In this document: piece by piece, positions 61,497 to 64,000 of the stretch
Numbering within the stretch: the first letter of the stretch is position 1
Layout of the letters: the number at the start of each line of letters is the position of its first letter
From: an uncultured delta proteobacterium
Lineage (GTDB): Bacteria; Desulfobacterota; Desulfuromonadia; Geobacterales; Pseudopelobacteraceae
Reading direction: 5' to 3'
Assembly: GCA_963772835.1 (NCBI GenBank)
Contig: CAVYYZ010000008.1
Location: forward strand, 224,001 to 288,000
DNA length: 64,000 bases
Position numbers and translations under genes: made by a program
Notes under the pieces: generated by a model
The model's input: only the letters and a program-made list of their open reading frames with translations
Databases searched by the model: none
Told to the model about the DNA's origin: nothing

Positions 61497-63122
61497 TTAT
61501 TTTTTTACTTCATTCTTTGTAACAACAGCCATCGCATCGTTCAGAATCTTCACGCCCGCCTTCGAGGCTGAGATTGATCCGGTAAGGCTTTCACGGGCCA
61601 GTCCCGGGTTATGGAAACCATCCGAATTTTCAGCGGTCCAGTACTCCCACAGAGCATGGGCTTCTTCGTGTTTCTCTCTCGCCTGGGTCAACACGCTCTC
61701 GACTACCCCGAGTCGTTTGGCAATTGCGTACGTGTCGATCAACTGGCCGAGCCAGTATTCTGCCTTGCGCATTTTCCCTTTGCTGTAGTTCTGGACAGCC
61801 TCGATCTCGTACAGTTTCTGCTCAACCGTTGATTTTGGATGGCATCCAAGGCACGCTTCCTTGATATGGTTTTTGGGTCTAATCACGCCATGAGTGGAGA
61901 ACATTTTGCCGTTTTTACCCTTCTGCTTCGGCATATGGCACTGATGGCACTGGACACCGGCCTTGTCATGGACGCTTCCTGCGTACGTTTCGGCCTCAGG
62001 ATGCTGGAACTTGATCAGTCGGGCTCCGGTGACGGCGTGCTTAAAGTCGAAGAAGTCGAGATCTTTATAGTGCTTCAGCAATTGTAGAGAGTTCTTGAGC
62101 GGAAAATGGTTGGTGCGCTGGTCGCTGTAGACAACCTTGGCACCGTCGCTCCACTGGTTACCGCCGCCGCAGTTGTACTCCACGTGGCACTGGGCGCACA
62201 TCATACGGGAATCGGTCTTTTCCATGATGCCGATCTTGCGGAAACTGTCGCGGAACGAGATCACCTTCAGGTCTGTCGTGCCCTCCTTGGCAAAGATATT
62301 TCCCTTGGGGTCGCGCTCGATTGCCTGGATCAGGCCGTCACGTACAACGCGGGGCTGTGTCCCGTGAGGATCGTGACAATGAATGCAGCCGACCGCGTTA
62401 TTGGTGTCCTTGGCGACATCAACCACGTTTGAGGTGCGGTCCCACGTGGCCTTGGGATCCTTGTCCCCCATGAATTTCCATTTGAGGATATGGTCCGAGG
62501 TCTTGCACTGGATGCAGGTCGGATTGCCGGCCATGGCTGATTCCTTCAATTTGTAATCCTTGCCCTTGTCTTCCAGAACATCCCATACCTTGCCGGATTT
62601 ATCGATTCCCTTCCAGCCATCCTTGAACTGAAAACGTCCCCCCTGGAAACGATCCACGGCAAACTGATCGATGACCATGAAGGCGTGGCCGCGCGGTTCA
62701 TTGTGCTCAAAGGTGAACCCGTACGGTTCCAGCAGTTTGTCCTGCATCGGAGACCTGCCGGTCGGCGTACCCTTCTCTTTGCGGGCGGCACCTTCATAGC
62801 TCATCTTGAAGAAGCTGTTGTACTGGTCTTTGTGGCATGTGCCGCAGAGCGACTGGTCGATGACAGTCACCGGCTTGTTCTTCTCCGGGTCAGTCATGTG
62901 GGCACCCAGTTTGTCGTGGCAGACCGTACAGGCAAGTTTGGCATGTTTGGAGCCTTCCTTAAGCGCCTTGATCTCGTCATGGCACTCATAGCATTTGGCG
63001 CGTCCATCATTGGCAACTTTTGCAGCCGGTTTTGCCTTGGCGGCTGTTGTCATGACGGGGATCGACAATACGCCAACTGCCCCGATGACGGCCGCAGCAA
63101 GGGCCAGATTCTTCTTCAACAT
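61497..63122 (-). CDS. Octaheme cytochrome c nitrite reductase (ONR/TvNiR-type, NrfA superfamily)
   Basis: Seven CxxCH motifs plus a catalytic CIQCK as heme 4; EPRGH, CAQCHVEYNC, KFQHPE and AENSDGFHNP motifs. Confidence 0.9.
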   Translation of the reverse strand: MLKKNLALAAAVIGAVGVLSIPVMTTAAKAKPAAKVANDGRAKCYECHDEIKALKEGSKHAKLACTVCHDKLGAHMTDPEKNKPVTVIDQSLCGTCHKDQYNSFFKMSYEGAARKEKGTPTGRSPMQDKLLEPYGFTFEHNEPRGHAFMVIDQFAVDRFQGGRFQFKDGWKGIDKSGKVWDVLEDKGKDYKLKESAMAGNPTCIQCKTSDHILKWKFMGDKDPKATWDRTSNVVDVAKDTNNAVGCIHCHDPHGTQPRVVRDGLIQAIERDPKGNIFAKEGTTDLKVISFRDSFRKIGIMEKTDSRMMCAQCHVEYNCGGGNQWSDGAKVVYSDQRTNHFPLKNSLQLLKHYKDLDFFDFKHAVTGARLIKFQHPEAETYAGSVHDKAGVQCHQCHMPKQKGKNGKMFSTHGVIRPKNHIKEACLGCHPKSTVEQKLYEIEAVQNYSKGKMRKAEYWLGQLIDTYAIAKRLGVVESVLTQAREKHEEAHALWEYWTAENSDGFHNPGLARESLTGSISASKAGVKILNDAMAVVTKNEVKK

Positions 63123-63202
63123 GGTGGTTCTCCTTTCCGGGGGTATGTGCTTTCACTTCTCCTTGACGATGCCATCCATTCTGCAAGGGGAGTGAGGGCT
63201 TC

Positions 63203-63216
63203 TTGAAGCATGTCAA
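63203..63216. promoter_or_regulatory. Candidate Crp/Fnr-family (HcpR-like) binding site
   Basis: TTGA-agcatg-TCAA palindrome about 80 nt upstream of the nitrite reductase start. Confidence 0.45.
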
Positions 63217-63235
63217 CTTTAATGAATAATCAGTT

Positions 63236-63592
63236 CTAATGTTGTCTCGGAATCAACACCACGGCTTTTGGTTCGACCGGGCAGACATATTCACAGTTCC
63301 CGCAACCATCACAAAACTGCGGGTTGATTCTGATCCCTACTCCAGGGTTCAGTTTAATGGCCTTTGGCTTGCAAATCTCAACGCAGGCTGAACACTCATT
63401 GGTGCGCGCCAGGCAGCGCTCGTTGAATGCGTCAGCCACCAAATCGGGGTGCGGTTCCGGTACTGGTACTGAATCCAGAGATACCACCGGTATGCTTGGG
63501 AGACGTACTTTAATGGTTTCGGCAATATCCAGGGCTGTTTTTCCGAGAGAGAACAGTCCCTGTTTGAAAAAATCCTTACGGGAGATACTCAT
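63236..63592 (-). CDS. 4Fe-4S dicluster protein (NapF/NapG-like)
   Basis: SRKDFFK N-terminus; C...CSACVEIC and CDGCGNCEYVCP motifs. Confidence 0.82.
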   Translation of the reverse strand: MSISRKDFFKQGLFSLGKTALDIAETIKVRLPSIPVVSLDSVPVPEPHPDLVADAFNERCLARTNECSACVEICKPKAIKLNPGVGIRINPQFCDGCGNCEYVCPVEPKAVVLIPRQH

Positions 63593-64000
63593 GATTTTTG
63601 CTCTTCCAGAACCTTGAGCCGTTCCTTCAATACCTTTTCCTTCTGAAAGCGTGCCGTAATATCCCTGATGATCGCACCGGTGCCGAGAACGGAGCCGTCC
63701 TCACCCCGGACGATAACCATGCTGAATTCCAGTGACAGCCTGGTGCCGTCCTTGCGAATGCCGGGGGCGGACAGGAGCTCAGTTCCATAACGGGTCACAC
63801 CGCTTGCCATGACCTTGTGATATCCATCCCAGTGCCTGCCGCGAAGGTTCTCAGGAATGATCAGGTCGAGGCTTTTACCCTCCGCCTCGGCGGAGGAATA
63901 GCCAAACATTGCCTCGGCTCCCTTGTTCCAAAGCCGGATTGCACCTTCATGGTCGGCAAACATAATCGCGTCGCTGTTCTGCTTGACGATCTGCTCACTT
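63589..64000 (-). CDS. PAS-domain protein (5' end beyond the window)
   Basis: DAIMFAD..G.I.LWN.GAE.MFGY, LDLIIPE, RKDG and IIRDIT motifs. Confidence 0.85.
   Translation of the reverse strand, partial: SEQIVKQNSDAIMFADHEGAIRLWNKGAEAMFGYSSAEAEGKSLDLIIPENLRGRHWDGYHKVMASGVTRYGTELLSAPGIRKDGTRLSLEFSMVIVRGEDGSVLGTGAIIRDITARFQKEKVLKERLKVLEEQKS

Overview
A 64-kb chromosomal window, most likely from a Geobacteraceae/Desulfuromonadia bacterium. The lineage is inferred from a Rieske/cytochrome b/pentaheme cytochrome c (Cbc3-type) cluster, resB-ccsB cytochrome c maturation genes, an octaheme nitrite reductase and a GSU3473-like protein. The first ~23 kb is an accessory patchwork of redox, detoxification, tRNA-modification and transport genes, with three decayed gene relics and recurring intergenic motifs. 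The rest is mostly core genes (PBP1A, cbc, resB/ccsB, terC, RND pump, plsY, bamD, hypE, hemH, groES/groEL with CIRCE). I saw no rRNA, tRNA, CRISPR array, integrase or transposase. The ORF track misses or mis-splits several features: (1) two selenoproteins with an in-frame TGA and a downstream SECIS-like hairpin (DsbA/FrnE UxxC at 1-456, AhpD/CMD CxxU at 17696-17944); (2) a yybP-ykoY riboswitch ahead of terC; (3) two single-base G-run frameshifts (plsY and a polysaccharide deacetylase). The best candidate for an undescribed system is a pair of paralogous small, exported, Cys-rich proteins ending in LPxVxxPIFVPPQ (29523-29876 upstream of resB-ccsB; 42511-42819 upstream of a Zn-ribbon gene). They resemble metal-sensing ribosome-arrest leader peptides of the CruR/CutF/DUF2946 type but carry a non-RAPP tail. 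All assignments come from reading motifs by eye; no database search was run.
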